This document shows positions 1 through 10,287 of a DNA stretch of 64,000 nucleotides, one piece after another. Positions within the stretch are counted from its first letter, which is position 1; each line of letters opens with the position of its first letter. This stretch comes from Alphaproteobacteria bacterium (GTDB lineage Bacteria > Myxococcota_A > UBA796 > GCA-2862545), in the NCBI GenBank assembly GCA_020632925.1, contig JACKER010000007.1, forward strand, positions 52,910 through 116,909, read 5' to 3'. Under the pieces are notes generated by a model that did not search any database, was not told where the DNA came from, and was given only the letters and a program-made list of their open reading frames with translations. The translations under genes were made by a program, and so were the position numbers.

Positions 1-1
1 G

Positions 2-3000
2 TCGCCGACGGGCCGCTGCCGGTCGTTCTCCGCCGACGCCGACGGGTACGTGCGCGGCGAGGGCGCCGTCGTGCTGGTGCTCGAGCCGATGTCCCGCGCG
101 CGGCGGCTGGGGCACCGCGTGTGGGCGGTGGTGGCGGGCACGGCGGTGGGCCACGACGGACGCTCTGGCGGGCTCACGGTGCCGAGCGCGCGGGCACAGG
201 AGGAGGTGCAGCGGGCCGCGCTGGCGGACGCGGGCCTCGATCCCGGCGACGTCGACGTCCTCGAGGCCCACGGGACGGGCACGCCGCTCGGTGACCCGAT
301 CGAGCTCGGCGCGGTGTCGCGCGTGCACGCGGGCCGCTCGCGTCCGCTCCTCGTGAGCGCGCTGAAGACGCGCATCGGGCACGTCGAGGCCGCCGCCGGC
401 CTGGCGGGGACGTTGGCCCAGGTCCTGGCGATGGCGCGCGGCACCGTGCCGCCGCTGCTGCACTGCGACGCCCCGAACCCGGCGCTGCCGGAGGGGCCTT
501 GGGAGCTCGTGCGGGCGGCGGTGCCCTGGCCGGAGCGCGAAGGGCCCCGCGTGGCGGCGGTGAGCTCCTTCGGTCTGTCCGGGACCGGCGCTCACGTCGT
601 GCTGCTCTCGGGCGACCCCGAGCCCGAGGTGCCAGCGGACGGTGCCGCGGCGCTGCTCGTGGCCTCGTCGCACGACGAGGAGGCGCTGGCAGTCGACCTC
701 GCGGCCCTGGCCGACGCTGGGCCGGCGGTGGCCTCCGCGCTCGCCAGGGCCCGCTCGAGCCGCGCGATCCGCGTCGCGGCCGTGGGCGGCCTGGCGCAGC
801 TGCGGGCTGCGGTCCCACGACGGGCCACGCCGGGGCTCCGGGTGGGGTTCGTGTGCGCCGGACAGGGGCTGGCGCTTCCACCCCTCGCGTCGTCGCTGGA
901 CGAGCCCACCTTCCGCGCGGCGTTCGAGGAGGTGGTGGGGGCTCACCCAGACCTGCGCCAGGTCCTGCTCGCGGGTGGAGAGCTGGACGACGCCGAGGTG
1001 GCGCAGCCGGCCCTGGTGGCGCTGGCGCTCGTGTTCGCCCGCTGGTGGCGGTCGGTCGGGGTCGAGCCCGTCGTGGTGGCGGGTCACTCGCTGGGCGAGC
1101 TCGCGGCGGCCGCGGTCGCGGGGTCGCTGTCCGCCGAGGACGCCCTTCGCTTCGCGACGGAGCGGGGGTCGGCGTGCGCACGCCTCGCGGGCGAGGGCGC
1201 GATGGTTGCGCTGCGGGCCACGCCGGACGAGGTGTCGGCGGCGCTGGCCGGTCGGTCCGACGTGGCGCTGGCGGCGGTCAACGGTCCGGGCCGGGTGGTC
1301 CTCGCGGGGCCACGCGCAGCGCTCGAGGCGCTGGTGGCCTCCCTCGGAGACCGCGGCCCCGCCTGGCTGCGCACCACGCACGCCTTCCACTCGGCCTCGA
1401 TGGATCCGGTCGTTCCCGAGGTCCGGCAGCTGGCCTCCGCCCTGGCGCACGCGTCGCCGGCGATCCCGCTGCTCACGGGGCTGACCGGGCTCACGGTGAC
1501 CCCCGACGCCGAGCACTGGGCGCGCCACCTGCGCGAGCCCGTGCGGTTCGATCGCGTGCTGCACGGGCTGGCGGAGCGCTGCGACCTCGTGATCGAGCTC
1601 GGTCCGGGCATCGGCTTCGCCGCGCTCCTGGCGGCGCCCGGGCTCGAGGTGGTGGCGGCGGACCTCCGGGAGGGCAGGACGGGCCTCCTGGCGGCGGCGG
1701 GGCAGGCGTGGACCCACGGCGCTTCCGTCGTGCCCGCGCGGCTCGTCCCCCGGGTCGCTGGCCCGCCGTTGCCTGCGCCGCACCGCCGCCGTCGTCGCGC
1801 GTGGCTGCCGCTGCCCGGCGAGCGCGCTGCGGCCCCCACCTGGGACGTGCGGTGGGAGGCGGCGAGCGCCGGTGCCGCTCCGGTGGACGCGGAGGTCGTG
1901 GTCGCGACCACGCTGGCGGACGCGCTGGATCGCGTGCGCGCCGCGGTGCCGGGGAGGGCGCTCGTGTTTCGCACGTCCGGTGCGTTCACGGGCACCGACC
2001 CGGTGGCCGCGGGTCTCGATGGCTTGCTGGCCTCGGCCCGCATGGAGCACCCCGAGCTCGATCTGCGCGTGCTGGACGACGTGCCGGACGGGGAGCTCGA
2101 CCGCGCGCTGGCCGTCGGCGAGCCCCGGGTGGGGTGGACCGACGGCCCGCGGGTGCCGCGCCTCGTCCCCGCCCCGCCCGGACCGCCGCTGGACCTCCGA
2201 CCCGGCAGCACCTGGTGGGTGACGGGCGGAGCGGGCGCCGTCGGTCGGCGGATCGCGGAGGCGTTGCGCGCGCGCGGTGTCCGCGTGGTGGCGATCGGTC
2301 GGTCCGAATCCAGGCACATCGATGACGAATACGTAGCGATCGACGTTCGTGATCGCGACGCGATGTGCGCGCTGGTGGAGCGGGCGCGGCCCGACGGCGT
2401 GGTCCATGCGGCGGGCGTCGCGCGGGGCCAGCTCGTGCGTCAGGAGAGCGAGGAGGGGCTCGCGGAGCCATGGGGTCCCAAGGTCGACGGCGCGCGGATC
2501 CTGGCGGAGCTGCTCCCTCCAGACGTGCCGCTGGTCGTGATTGGCTCGGCCATCGGGTGGCTGGGCCGCGTGGGGCAGGCGGCCTACGGGGCGGCCAACG
2601 CCGGGGCCGAGGCGGTGGTGCGTGCACGGCGGGCCGCGGGCGGGCGCGCCTGGTCACTGCGCTACGGCCCCTGGTCGGTCGGCATGGCGGAGGACGCGGA
2701 CTGGGCCGCGGACGGCGTGAGCCCGCTGACGGTGGAGCAGGGGGTCGCCGCCCTCGACCGCGCCGCGGACGGCATGCCCATGGCCGTCGACTGGGCCGTC
2801 TTCGCCCGGCGGCACCCCGCGCCCTGGATCCCCGCGGCGCCGACGGCCCCTGCCGCGAGTGAGCTCATGGGCTGGCCCGAGCGCGAGCGTCGGCCCGAGC
2901 TGCTGCGGCGGGTGCTGGCGCTGGCGGCCTCGGTGCTGCCGCGCCCGCCCGGCCCCGACACGGGCTGGTTCGACGCCGGCGCGGACTCGATCGCGGCCGT

Positions 3001-6000
3001 CGAGCTGGCGCGGCGCTTCGGCGAGGTCGTGGGGCGCGCCCTGCCCGCGACGCTGCTCTTCGATCACGGCACGCCGTCGGCCGTCGTCGACGCGCTCCTG
3101 CCACCACCCGCGTCCGTCCCGGTCGCGTCGACCCGCGTCGACCGCGAGCCCATCGCGATCGTGGGCATGGCGCTGCGCTTCCCGGGCGCGGCCTCGCCCG
3201 ACGAGCTCTGGGAGCTGCTGTCCGAACGGCGGATCTCCGTGCGCCGCGTGCCTCCCGAGCGCTGGGACGCGGACGCCTGGTACGCGCCCCACCCGTCCCC
3301 GCCGGGCCGCGCCTACGCCACCGACGGCGGGTTCCTGGACGGGCTCGACGCCTTCGATCCGGACGCCTTCGGCATGTCCGCTCGCGAGGCCGAGCGCCTC
3401 GATCCGCAGCAGCGGCTGCTGCTCGAGCTCTCTCGCGAGGCGCTGGAGCGCGCTGGCCACCTGGTGGCCGATCTGCGGGGCAGCCGCACGGGCGCCTGGT
3501 TCGGCATCGCCGACCGGGGCTGGGCGCACCGCTTCCGGGCCACGGGCGCGCCGCTCTACCCCGACGCCTGGGCGGGGACGGGGACCGAGCCGGCCTTCGC
3601 CGCCGGGCGGGTGGCGCACGCGCTGGGGCTGCGCGGTCCGGCGGTCGCGCTCGACACGACGTGCTCGTCCACGCTGGTGGCGGTGCACCTGGCGGCGCGC
3701 GCGCTCCGGGACGGCGACTGCGACCGGGCGCTCGCGGGCGGCGTCGCGCTGCAGTGGCTCCCCGACGACACCGCCTACCTGTGCTCGCTGGGCGCGCTGT
3801 CCCCGACGGGCCGCTGCCACGTGTTCGACGCGAAGGCCGACGGGTACGTCCGTTCCGAGGGCTGCGGGGTGTTCGTGCTCCGGCGGCTCTCGGACGCGGA
3901 GCGCGACGGCGACGAGATCCTCGGCGTACTCCACGGGTCGGCCGTCGACCACGACGGCGCGTCCGGCGGGCTCACGGTGCCGAGCGGCGAGGCGCAGCGG
4001 CTCGTGTTGCGCCAGGCGCTCGCGGACGCTGGCGCCGAGCCGTCGCGCGTGGCGTACCTCGAGGCGCACGGGACGGGCACGCGGCTGGGGGACCCGATCG
4101 AGGTCTCGGCCGCGCGCGAGGTCTATGGCGACCGCGACGAGCCGCTGCTGATCGGCGCGATCAAGGCCAACCTGGGACACGCGGAGCTGGCGGCGGGGGC
4201 GGCCTCGCTGGCGAAGGCGCTGCTCGCGCTGGGGCGAGGCGTGGTTCCTCCGCAGCCGGTCCCGGTGGAGCCGAGCCCCGAGCTCGACCTGCGCGGGCTG
4301 CGCATCGTCCAACAGGCCACCCCGCTCGGCCCCGACGCGCTCGTGGCGGTCTCGGGCTTCGGCCTGTCGGGCACCAACGCGCACCTCGTGCTCGGACCAC
4401 CCCCGCGGGTGGAGCGCGCCGTACCGACGCCCTCCGCCCGTCCGGTGACGCTGCTGGCGGTCTCGGGCTCGACGCCGGCGGCCGTGGGTGCCCGGGTGGA
4501 CCAGCTGCTGGCGCTCGGTGCCCCGCTGCCCGACGTGGCGGCCGCCGCGCACCGGGTGGCGCCGGGTCCGTGGCGCGCGGCGGTGGTCGTCGCCGACGCG
4601 GGCGAGCGCCCCGCCGTGGTGCCGCACCGGCCGGTGGGTGCCCCGCGCGTGGGCTTCCTGTACTCGGGGCAAGGGACGCAGCACGCCGGCATGGGGCTCG
4701 CGCTGGACGCCGCGTCTCCCACCTTCCGCAGCGCGCTCGACGCCTGCGCCGCGGTCCTCGACCCGCTCCTCGGACGGCCGCTCCGCGAGCTGCTCGCGGA
4801 CGACGAGGCGCTCGGTCGCACGGCCGTGACCCAGCCCGCGCTGTTCGCCGTGCTGTGGGCGAAGACGGTGTTGCTGCGCTCGCTGGGCCTGGAGCCGACG
4901 GTCGTGGCGGGGCACTCCCTGGGGGAGCTCGTGGCCGCCACGGTGGCGGGGAGCTGGGCGCTGGAGGACGCGCTGCGGCTGGTGGCGGCCCGCGGCCGGT
5001 GGATGGAGGAGCGCGCGCTCCCGGGGCTGATGGCCGCCGTCCAGCTGGCGAGAGAGGACGTGAGCCCTGCACTCACGTCGGGTTGCGAGGTCGCGGCGGT
5101 CAACGCGACGGACGAGGTCGTGATCGCCGGACCCCAGGACGCCGTGCGCGCCACACTGGCGGCGCTGCCGCCGGGGACGCGGGTGACGGAGCTGCCGGTG
5201 GGGCGCCCGTTCCACTCGTCCTGCGTGGACCCGATGCTCGCGGGATGGGAGGCGGAGGTGGCGGCGCTCCCGTCGCGAGCGCCCGAGCTGCGCTGGGTGA
5301 GCCTGCTCGACGGGGAGGAGGTCGCCGAGGCGCCGCCGGCCTCCTTCTGGCGTCGGCACGCCCGGGAGCCCGTGCGCGTCGATCTCGCCGCCAGGCACCT
5401 CGCGGGGCTCGGGGTGGATCTGTGGCTCGATCTCGGCCCGCACCCGGCGCTGCTGGGACTGCTCCGACGGGCGGAGGTCGAGGGTCGCTTCGCGGCGACG
5501 GAGCGTCGTGGTGGCGAGGCCTGGCGCGAGCTCGCCAGCGCCGTGGGCGCCGCCTGGGAGGTCGGGCTGCCGGTGGATCTGCAGGCCTGGGAGGAGGGGC
5601 GGACGACGACGCGGATCCCGCTGCCACCGACCCCGCTCGATCGGCGCCGCTGCTGGCCGGAGGAGCCCCTCCCGCGCGCGCCGTCGTACCGCGTGGCGCT
5701 GGTGCCCGCGCCCAACGCGGAGCCGGTGGCGGTCGAGCGCGTCGCGCCCGAGGGCGCCTCGCTGACGGACCGTGTGCTGTCGCTGGCGCGCGTCACGGGG
5801 GGCGCCGTGGTCGTGGACGGCGCGGACGAGGAGGCCTGGGCGCTGGTGGCGGCAGCTCGTTGCCTGCGCTTCGAGCGGCCCGCGGCACCGCCGCGCGTGT
5901 GGTGGGGTGCCCCCGTCGAGGGCGCCGTCCCGAGCGAGCCCGAGGTCTGGTGGCGAGATGGGCGGCCGCACGTCCCCCGCTTGCAGGCGTTCCACCCGGT

Positions 6001-7150
6001 GGCCGCCGAGCCGTCGTTCTCGGGGACCTGGTGGGTCACGGGCGGGCTCGGTGGGGTCGGGCTGCACGTCGCCGGCTGGCTGTGTGAGCGCGGTGCAGGG
6101 CGCCTGGTGCTGGTCTCGCGCCACCCGCGCGACCCCGAGGACCCGCGGCTGGCCCGGTGGCGGGCGCGGGGCGTGGAGGTCGTGGTGGTCGCTGCCGACG
6201 TCGCCGACGGGGCGGCCCTGCGACCCTGGCTCGAGCGCTTCCCGCCGGACGGCGTGGTGCACGCGGCCGGCGCCACGCGGCCTGCGGACCTCGACGAGCT
6301 CGATCGGAGCACGGTGGACGAGGTCCTGCGCGCGAAGGTGGAGGGGGCGCGCGTGCTCGACGCGTGGCTCGGGGACCGCCCGCTCCAGGCGTTCGTGCTG
6401 GTCTCCTCGGTGGCGTCGGTGTGGGGGAGCCGTCGCCTGGTGCCCTACGCGGCGGCGAACGGCTGGCTCGACGGGCTCGCCGAGCGCCGGCACGCGCGCG
6501 GGCGGACGGCGGTGTCCGTGTCCTTCGGGCCGTGGGGCGGCGGCGGCATGGTGGACGCCGGTCGCGCCGAGGAGCTAGCGCGCGCGGGCCTCGCGCTGCT
6601 CGAGCCGGGGGACGCCCTCCGCGCGCTGGGGGACGTGATCGCGTCCGGGGTGCCGCGCGCCGTGATCGCTCGGGTGGACCTGCCGCGCCTGGTGGGGGCG
6701 TTGTCGACGGCGGGCCCGCAGCCGCTGTTCGACGACCTGCTGCCGCCGCCCCCGACGGTGGCCTCCGCTCCGACGCCTGCCAGACCCGCCGACCCGCTGG
6801 TGGTCATCACGGCCCTGGCCCGCCAGGTCCTGCGTCTCGCGCCGGACCGTCCGCTGCCCCCGGACCTCCCGTTGGCCGATCTCGGGTTCGACTCGCTGAT
6901 GGCGACGGAGCTCAAGGCGGGCCTGCTCGCCGAGGGGGTCGATGTGCCGCTCGGCAGGCTGCTCGCCGGGCCCTCGGTCGAGGAGCTCGCGCGGATGGCC
7001 GGCGCGCGTACGAGCGTTCCCGAGCCCCCGGCCGCGGCGGAGGCGGTGGAGGCCGGGGAGCCCGCGCCGGACCGGCTCCTCTGGTGGACGCACCTCGCCG
7101 CCGTGGTCGTCGGCATCGCCCTGGCGAGCGGCGTCTGGGCGCTGCTGTAG
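2..7150 (+). CDS. Modular type I polyketide synthase, 3' portion; 5' end lies outside the window. Domain order: partial KS, AT, KR, ACP, KS, AT, KR, ACP, then a C-terminal hydrophobic segment.
   Basis: The reading frame is open from nt 2 and starts inside the KS motif SPTGRCRSFSADADGYVRGEG. KS1 has EAHGTGTPLGDPIE. AT1 has GHSLGE at about nt 1085 and a HAFH motif at about nt 1381. KR1 Rossmann motif TWWVTGGAGAVG is at about nt 2209. ACP1 GADSIAAVEL is at about nt 2985. KS2 has DTTCSST (active-site Cys, about nt 3660), HGTGT and NLGH. AT2 has GHSLGE at about nt 4915 and an unusual GRPFHSS motif. KR2 TWWVTGGLGGVG is at about nt 6030. ACP2 LGFDSLMATEL is at about nt 6885. The protein ends LWWTHLAAVVVGIALASGVWALL followed by a stop, with no TE domain. 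Confidence 0.93.
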   Translation, partial: SPTGRCRSFSADADGYVRGEGAVVLVLEPMSRARRLGHRVWAVVAGTAVGHDGRSGGLTVPSARAQEEVQRAALADAGLDPGDVDVLEAHGTGTPLGDPIELGAVSRVHAGRSRPLLVSALKTRIGHVEAAAGLAGTLAQVLAMARGTVPPLLHCDAPNPALPEGPWELVRAAVPWPEREGPRVAAVSSFGLSGTGAHVVLLSGDPEPEVPADGAAALLVASSHDEEALAVDLAALADAGPAVASALARARSSRAIRVAAVGGLAQLRAAVPRRATPGLRVGFVCAGQGLALPPLASSLDEPTFRAAFEEVVGAHPDLRQVLLAGGELDDAEVAQPALVALALVFARWWRSVGVEPVVVAGHSLGELAAAAVAGSLSAEDALRFATERGSACARLAGEGAMVALRATPDEVSAALAGRSDVALAAVNGPGRVVLAGPRAALEALVASLGDRGPAWLRTTHAFHSASMDPVVPEVRQLASALAHASPAIPLLTGLTGLTVTPDAEHWARHLREPVRFDRVLHGLAERCDLVIELGPGIGFAALLAAPGLEVVAADLREGRTGLLAAAGQAWTHGASVVPARLVPRVAGPPLPAPHRRRRRAWLPLPGERAAAPTWDVRWEAASAGAAPVDAEVVVATTLADALDRVRAAVPGRALVFRTSGAFTGTDPVAAGLDGLLASARMEHPELDLRVLDDVPDGELDRALAVGEPRVGWTDGPRVPRLVPAPPGPPLDLRPGSTWWVTGGAGAVGRRIAEALRARGVRVVAIGRSESRHIDDEYVAIDVRDRDAMCALVERARPDGVVHAAGVARGQLVRQESEEGLAEPWGPKVDGARILAELLPPDVPLVVIGSAIGWLGRVGQAAYGAANAGAEAVVRARRAAGGRAWSLRYGPWSVGMAEDADWAADGVSPLTVEQGVAALDRAADGMPMAVDWAVFARRHPAPWIPAAPTAPAASELMGWPERERRPELLRRVLALAASVLPRPPGPDTGWFDAGADSIAAVELARRFGEVVGRALPATLLFDHGTPSAVVDALLPPPASVPVASTRVDREPIAIVGMALRFPGAASPDELWELLSERRISVRRVPPERWDADAWYAPHPSPPGRAYATDGGFLDGLDAFDPDAFGMSAREAERLDPQQRLLLELSREALERAGHLVADLRGSRTGAWFGIADRGWAHRFRATGAPLYPDAWAGTGTEPAFAAGRVAHALGLRGPAVALDTTCSSTLVAVHLAARALRDGDCDRALAGGVALQWLPDDTAYLCSLGALSPTGRCHVFDAKADGYVRSEGCGVFVLRRLSDAERDGDEILGVLHGSAVDHDGASGGLTVPSGEAQRLVLRQALADAGAEPSRVAYLEAHGTGTRLGDPIEVSAAREVYGDRDEPLLIGAIKANLGHAELAAGAASLAKALLALGRGVVPPQPVPVEPSPELDLRGLRIVQQATPLGPDALVAVSGFGLSGTNAHLVLGPPPRVERAVPTPSARPVTLLAVSGSTPAAVGARVDQLLALGAPLPDVAAAAHRVAPGPWRAAVVVADAGERPAVVPHRPVGAPRVGFLYSGQGTQHAGMGLALDAASPTFRSALDACAAVLDPLLGRPLRELLADDEALGRTAVTQPALFAVLWAKTVLLRSLGLEPTVVAGHSLGELVAATVAGSWALEDALRLVAARGRWMEERALPGLMAAVQLAREDVSPALTSGCEVAAVNATDEVVIAGPQDAVRATLAALPPGTRVTELPVGRPFHSSCVDPMLAGWEAEVAALPSRAPELRWVSLLDGEEVAEAPPASFWRRHAREPVRVDLAARHLAGLGVDLWLDLGPHPALLGLLRRAEVEGRFAATERRGGEAWRELASAVGAAWEVGLPVDLQAWEEGRTTTRIPLPPTPLDRRRCWPEEPLPRAPSYRVALVPAPNAEPVAVERVAPEGASLTDRVLSLARVTGGAVVVDGADEEAWALVAAARCLRFERPAAPPRVWWGAPVEGAVPSEPEVWWRDGRPHVPRLQAFHPVAAEPSFSGTWWVTGGLGGVGLHVAGWLCERGAGRLVLVSRHPRDPEDPRLARWRARGVEVVVVAADVADGAALRPWLERFPPDGVVHAAGATRPADLDELDRSTVDEVLRAKVEGARVLDAWLGDRPLQAFVLVSSVASVWGSRRLVPYAAANGWLDGLAERRHARGRTAVSVSFGPWGGGGMVDAGRAEELARAGLALLEPGDALRALGDVIASGVPRAVIARVDLPRLVGALSTAGPQPLFDDLLPPPPTVASAPTPARPADPLVVITALARQVLRLAPDRPLPPDLPLADLGFDSLMATELKAGLLAEGVDVPLGRLLAGPSVEELARMAGARTSVPEPPAAAEAVEAGEPAPDRLLWWTHLAAVVVGIALASGVWALL

Positions 7151-7166
7151 CGGCCGCTCTCGCGAG

Positions 7167-8702
7167 CTACTGCATCACGAACGGGTACGTGATCGCGGTG
7201 CCCTTGCTGGCCGCCGGGAAGCGGATGCTCGCGATCGCACGGCCGAGGCAGGCCTCGAGCTCGGTCCCCCGGTACTGCTGCTGCAGCAGCGTCACGCCGG
7301 TCGCCTGGCCGCCGGGGGAGATCGTGAACTTCGCGTCCACGCGCGGCGGGAGCGCTCCGGCCTTGAACAACGGCACGAAGCACTTCTTGACCTCGATGTT
7401 GTTCGACACCATCACGTGCACCGCCTCGATCGGCACTGTCTCCATCTGGGCCGGAGCGGGCGCGGGCGGAGGGGCCATCGGGGCCGGAGCCACCGGCATC
7501 GGCGCGGGCGCGATGGGCTGTGGCGTGGGCTGCGGGCGGGAGGGCTGGGGCTTGGGGCGCGTCGGCTGCGGGCGCGGGCGCGACGGCTCGGGGACCGCCG
7601 GCTCCGGCTCGACGGGGGGCGGCTCGACGACGGGCTGGGTGTCCGGGGTCGGGGTGTTCGACACCGACGCCAGCGTGTTGGTCCCGCCGGTCGGGACGGC
7701 CATGCCCGCCAGCGCGCCCTGATCGGAGAAGTTGATCGCCTCGACCGCGCGCTCCACGCCCCACTTCGTGCCCACGAGCAGCGAGGCCATGACGACCGCC
7801 ACCATGAACCCGAGGACCACGGAGAGCAGCGTCTGGGCGGGCTTGCGGCCGCGTCCGCCGGTGATGAGCACCAGGAACGAGAGCACCCCGCCGCCGAAGG
7901 TCATGGCGAGGCCGAACCACATCACGAGCGCGTGGTTCCAGATCGAGAGCACCGACAGCAGCACGCTGCCCATCAGCGCCATCGACGTGCCAAGCAGGGC
8001 CCAGTTCAGGTCCCCCGCGGGATCGTGCGCCATCGGCGCGTACGCCGCGACGGGCGGCGGCATCGGGGTCGCCGTGCGCGGGTACGCCGAGCCGGGGGTC
8101 TGACGCTGCGGCGGGGGGGCCGGCGTGCGCCGCTGGGGCGGAGGCGCGGGCGTCCGCCGGACCGGCGGGTTCGAGGGGGGCGCGTGGTAGGACGCGGGCG
8201 CTGGCGTCTGCGACCGGCGCGGCGGCGGCAGCGAGGCCGGTCCGCCTTGCGGCGGGCGCGCGGGCGGGCGCTCCTTGTGCGTCACCTGCTCGGACGGCGG
8301 CACGGACGAGCGGATGTGCGTCACCACGTCGGGCTCGTACTCCGGCTGCCCGTAGGGGGTCGCGTACGGATCGTGCGCCTGCAGCGTGTCGCCCGACCGC
8401 GGCGCCATCATCGGCGTCTCCATGTGGACGTCGTCGGAGACCACCGGTCCGCTCGGCGCGCGGCCGGGCAACGTCGACTCGTGCTCGTCGTCGCGGTGCG
8501 AGGCCATGCGCGGGGGCGCGCCGACCGGCGTGGGCGGCACGGCCGTGACCAGCGTGCGCTCCTCCGGATCGGCGTTCGGCTTGGGACGGGGGATGAGCAT
8601 GCGATGGCCGCAGTTGCGGCACGTCGCCTTGTTCACCGCCTTGGTGAGCTTGTCGTCGGGGACCTTGTACACCGCACGACAGTTGTCGCAGACGACCTTC
8701 AT
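7167..8702 (-). CDS. Zinc-ribbon (MJ0042-type) protein with a Pro-rich linker, transmembrane segments and a C-terminal AgmX/PglI or TonB-C-like domain.
   Basis: The N-terminus MKVVCDNCRAVYKVPDDKL...CRNCGH has a double CxxC motif. It is followed by a long P/Q/R-rich low-complexity region, then hydrophobic helices (ALLGTSMALMGSVLLSVL...), then a C-terminal domain ending ...ASIRFPAASKGTAITYPFVMQ. GC3 is high in this frame. The gene is convergent with the PKS. Confidence 0.6.
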   Translation of the reverse strand: MKVVCDNCRAVYKVPDDKLTKAVNKATCRNCGHRMLIPRPKPNADPEERTLVTAVPPTPVGAPPRMASHRDDEHESTLPGRAPSGPVVSDDVHMETPMMAPRSGDTLQAHDPYATPYGQPEYEPDVVTHIRSSVPPSEQVTHKERPPARPPQGGPASLPPPRRSQTPAPASYHAPPSNPPVRRTPAPPPQRRTPAPPPQRQTPGSAYPRTATPMPPPVAAYAPMAHDPAGDLNWALLGTSMALMGSVLLSVLSIWNHALVMWFGLAMTFGGGVLSFLVLITGGRGRKPAQTLLSVVLGFMVAVVMASLLVGTKWGVERAVEAINFSDQGALAGMAVPTGGTNTLASVSNTPTPDTQPVVEPPPVEPEPAVPEPSRPRPQPTRPKPQPSRPQPTPQPIAPAPMPVAPAPMAPPPAPAPAQMETVPIEAVHVMVSNNIEVKKCFVPLFKAGALPPRVDAKFTISPGGQATGVTLLQQQYRGTELEACLGRAIASIRFPAASKGTAITYPFVMQ

Positions 8703-8799
8703 CCGCTGCTCCCCAGAAGGTCCCCCATCTACCGGTGCCGGCCCCGTCTCGCAACGGCCCTTCGCGGGCTCTTGACGGGTGCGGTCGCTGGCGAGGCCG

Positions 8800-9436
8800 T
8801 CAGAGGAAGCGCTCGATCGCCCGGTGCAGGTCGAGTCGATCGACGAGGTCCGACAGATAATCGGCGTTCTCGCTGTCCCAGATCACGAGCGGCGAGTGGT
8901 TCCAGCCGCCGATCCACTCCTCGTACAGGCCGTTGAGGCGCCGGAGGTACGTGACCGGGATGTCCTGCTCGCTCGGACGCCCGCGCTGGCGGATGCGGGA
9001 GCGGATGGCCCGCACCGAGCACCGCAGGTGGATCATGAGATCCGGCGGACGGAGGCTCTGCTTCATCGCCTCGTAGAGCTCGAGGTACGTCGAGAAGTCG
9101 CGCTTCGAGATCTTCCGGCTGCGCGCGAGGTAGGTCGCGAAGATCTCGGCGTCCTCGTAGATCGTGCGATCCATGACGAACGTGCCGGGCGCAGCCTCGA
9201 GATCCTGGTGCAACCGGAACTTCCGCGCCAGGAAGAACACCTGGCTGTGGAAGGCCCAGCGGTCCATGTCGGCGTAGAAGTCGTCGAGGTAGGGGTTGTC
9301 GCCGAACGGCTCGTAGACCGGGACGATGCCGTACCGCTCGGTCAGGTACCGGACCAGGGTCGTCTTGCCGACGCCGATGTTCCCCGACACCGCGACGAAC
9401 CTGTCGGCCACCGGACCTCCCCGCGCCCCGTTCACA
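8800..9436 (-). CDS. Deoxynucleoside kinase (dAK/dGK/dCK family).
   Basis: P-loop FVAVSGNIGVGKTT, then a typical dNK core (YEPFGDNPYLDDFY...DRTIYEDAEIFA...) to the stop at 8800. The listed 481-aa ORF is an over-extension. GTG at 9436 is the likely start, so start confidence is moderate. Confidence 0.75.
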
Positions 9437-9514
9437 CGCGACCGCCGCGACAGCCACCCCGATCCGATCGAAGATGCGGGCCGCGGACACGTCGATGGCG
9501 GACCGGAGGGCGGG

Positions 9515-10285
9515 ATGTGGTGGTGGACGGCGGCTCTGGCGGCGGAAGGGGATCCCGAGACCCCCGCGCCGGAGCCGGAGGAGCCCGAGGTGATCGAGAT
9601 CAGCGCCCCCGAAGAGGAGCTCGGGAGCGCGATCGAGGGCATCGACGACGTCCACGCCGAGGTGAAGCTCGGGCCGCAGCTCGAGGACTGGGTGCCGCTG
9701 CCAGGGAACCTGGTCCGCGGCCGCTTCGTCGTCCGTCCGTTGCTGGGGGCCGAGGGCGCGCAGGGGCGGTTCGCGGTCACCGCCGGGGCGGCGCTGGGCC
9801 ACCAGTGGTGGACGCTCGGTGACGGGCCGGTGGGCGCCGGGGGCGAGGAGCTGGTACGGGTGAGCGCTCCGATCGGCGGGTTGAAGGGACGCCGGGTGGA
9901 CGCGGAGATCGTCGGTGGTCCGTGGGTGGGTCCGATCGGGCTGCGCGTCGGGCCGACGCTGACCTGGGATCGGCTGGACCCCGGCGGCGACCTGCCGGTG
10001 CTCGAGGACGCCGTCCTCGTCGGTGGCCTCGTGGACCTGTCCGCCATGCTCGGGCCCGTCGTGCTGACCGCGGGGCTGCAGCCGGCGTGGGTGGTGGGCG
10101 GGGAGCGCGTCGGCGCGGATCCGGAGGCCGTGCCGCTGCCCGTGCTCGGGGACGAGACGACCTGGCGCGCGGGGGTCGGCCTGATCGGCGACCACCTGGA
10201 GCTGTTGCTGGGGGCGGCGCTCCGCGAGACCGCGATCGGACCCATCGGCGAGGGGACGCTCGGCCTGCGGGTGAGGCTGCTGTGA
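9515..10285 (+). CDS. Hypothetical protein, Gly/Val-rich and possibly secreted.
   Basis: ATG at 9515 (MWWWTAALAAEG...). GC3 is strongly biased in this frame downstream of the dNK gene. No recognisable domain. Convergent with the ParA-like gene. Confidence 0.45.
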   Translation: MWWWTAALAAEGDPETPAPEPEEPEVIEISAPEEELGSAIEGIDDVHAEVKLGPQLEDWVPLPGNLVRGRFVVRPLLGAEGAQGRFAVTAGAALGHQWWTLGDGPVGAGGEELVRVSAPIGGLKGRRVDAEIVGGPWVGPIGLRVGPTLTWDRLDPGGDLPVLEDAVLVGGLVDLSAMLGPVVLTAGLQPAWVVGGERVGADPEAVPLPVLGDETTWRAGVGLIGDHLELLLGAALRETAIGPIGEGTLGLRVRLL

Positions 10286-10287
10286 GG

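Noticed and set aside
174-6493. Long antisense and off-frame ORFs overlapping the PKS gene (for example 174..1181 -, 499..2325 +, 2654..6493 -, 3661..6087 +, 4123..6312 -).
   Set aside because: Their translations are Arg/Pro/Gly/Ala-rich low complexity with no domains. They are expected stop-codon-poor artefacts of 70+% GC opposite a real gene with strong GC3 bias.
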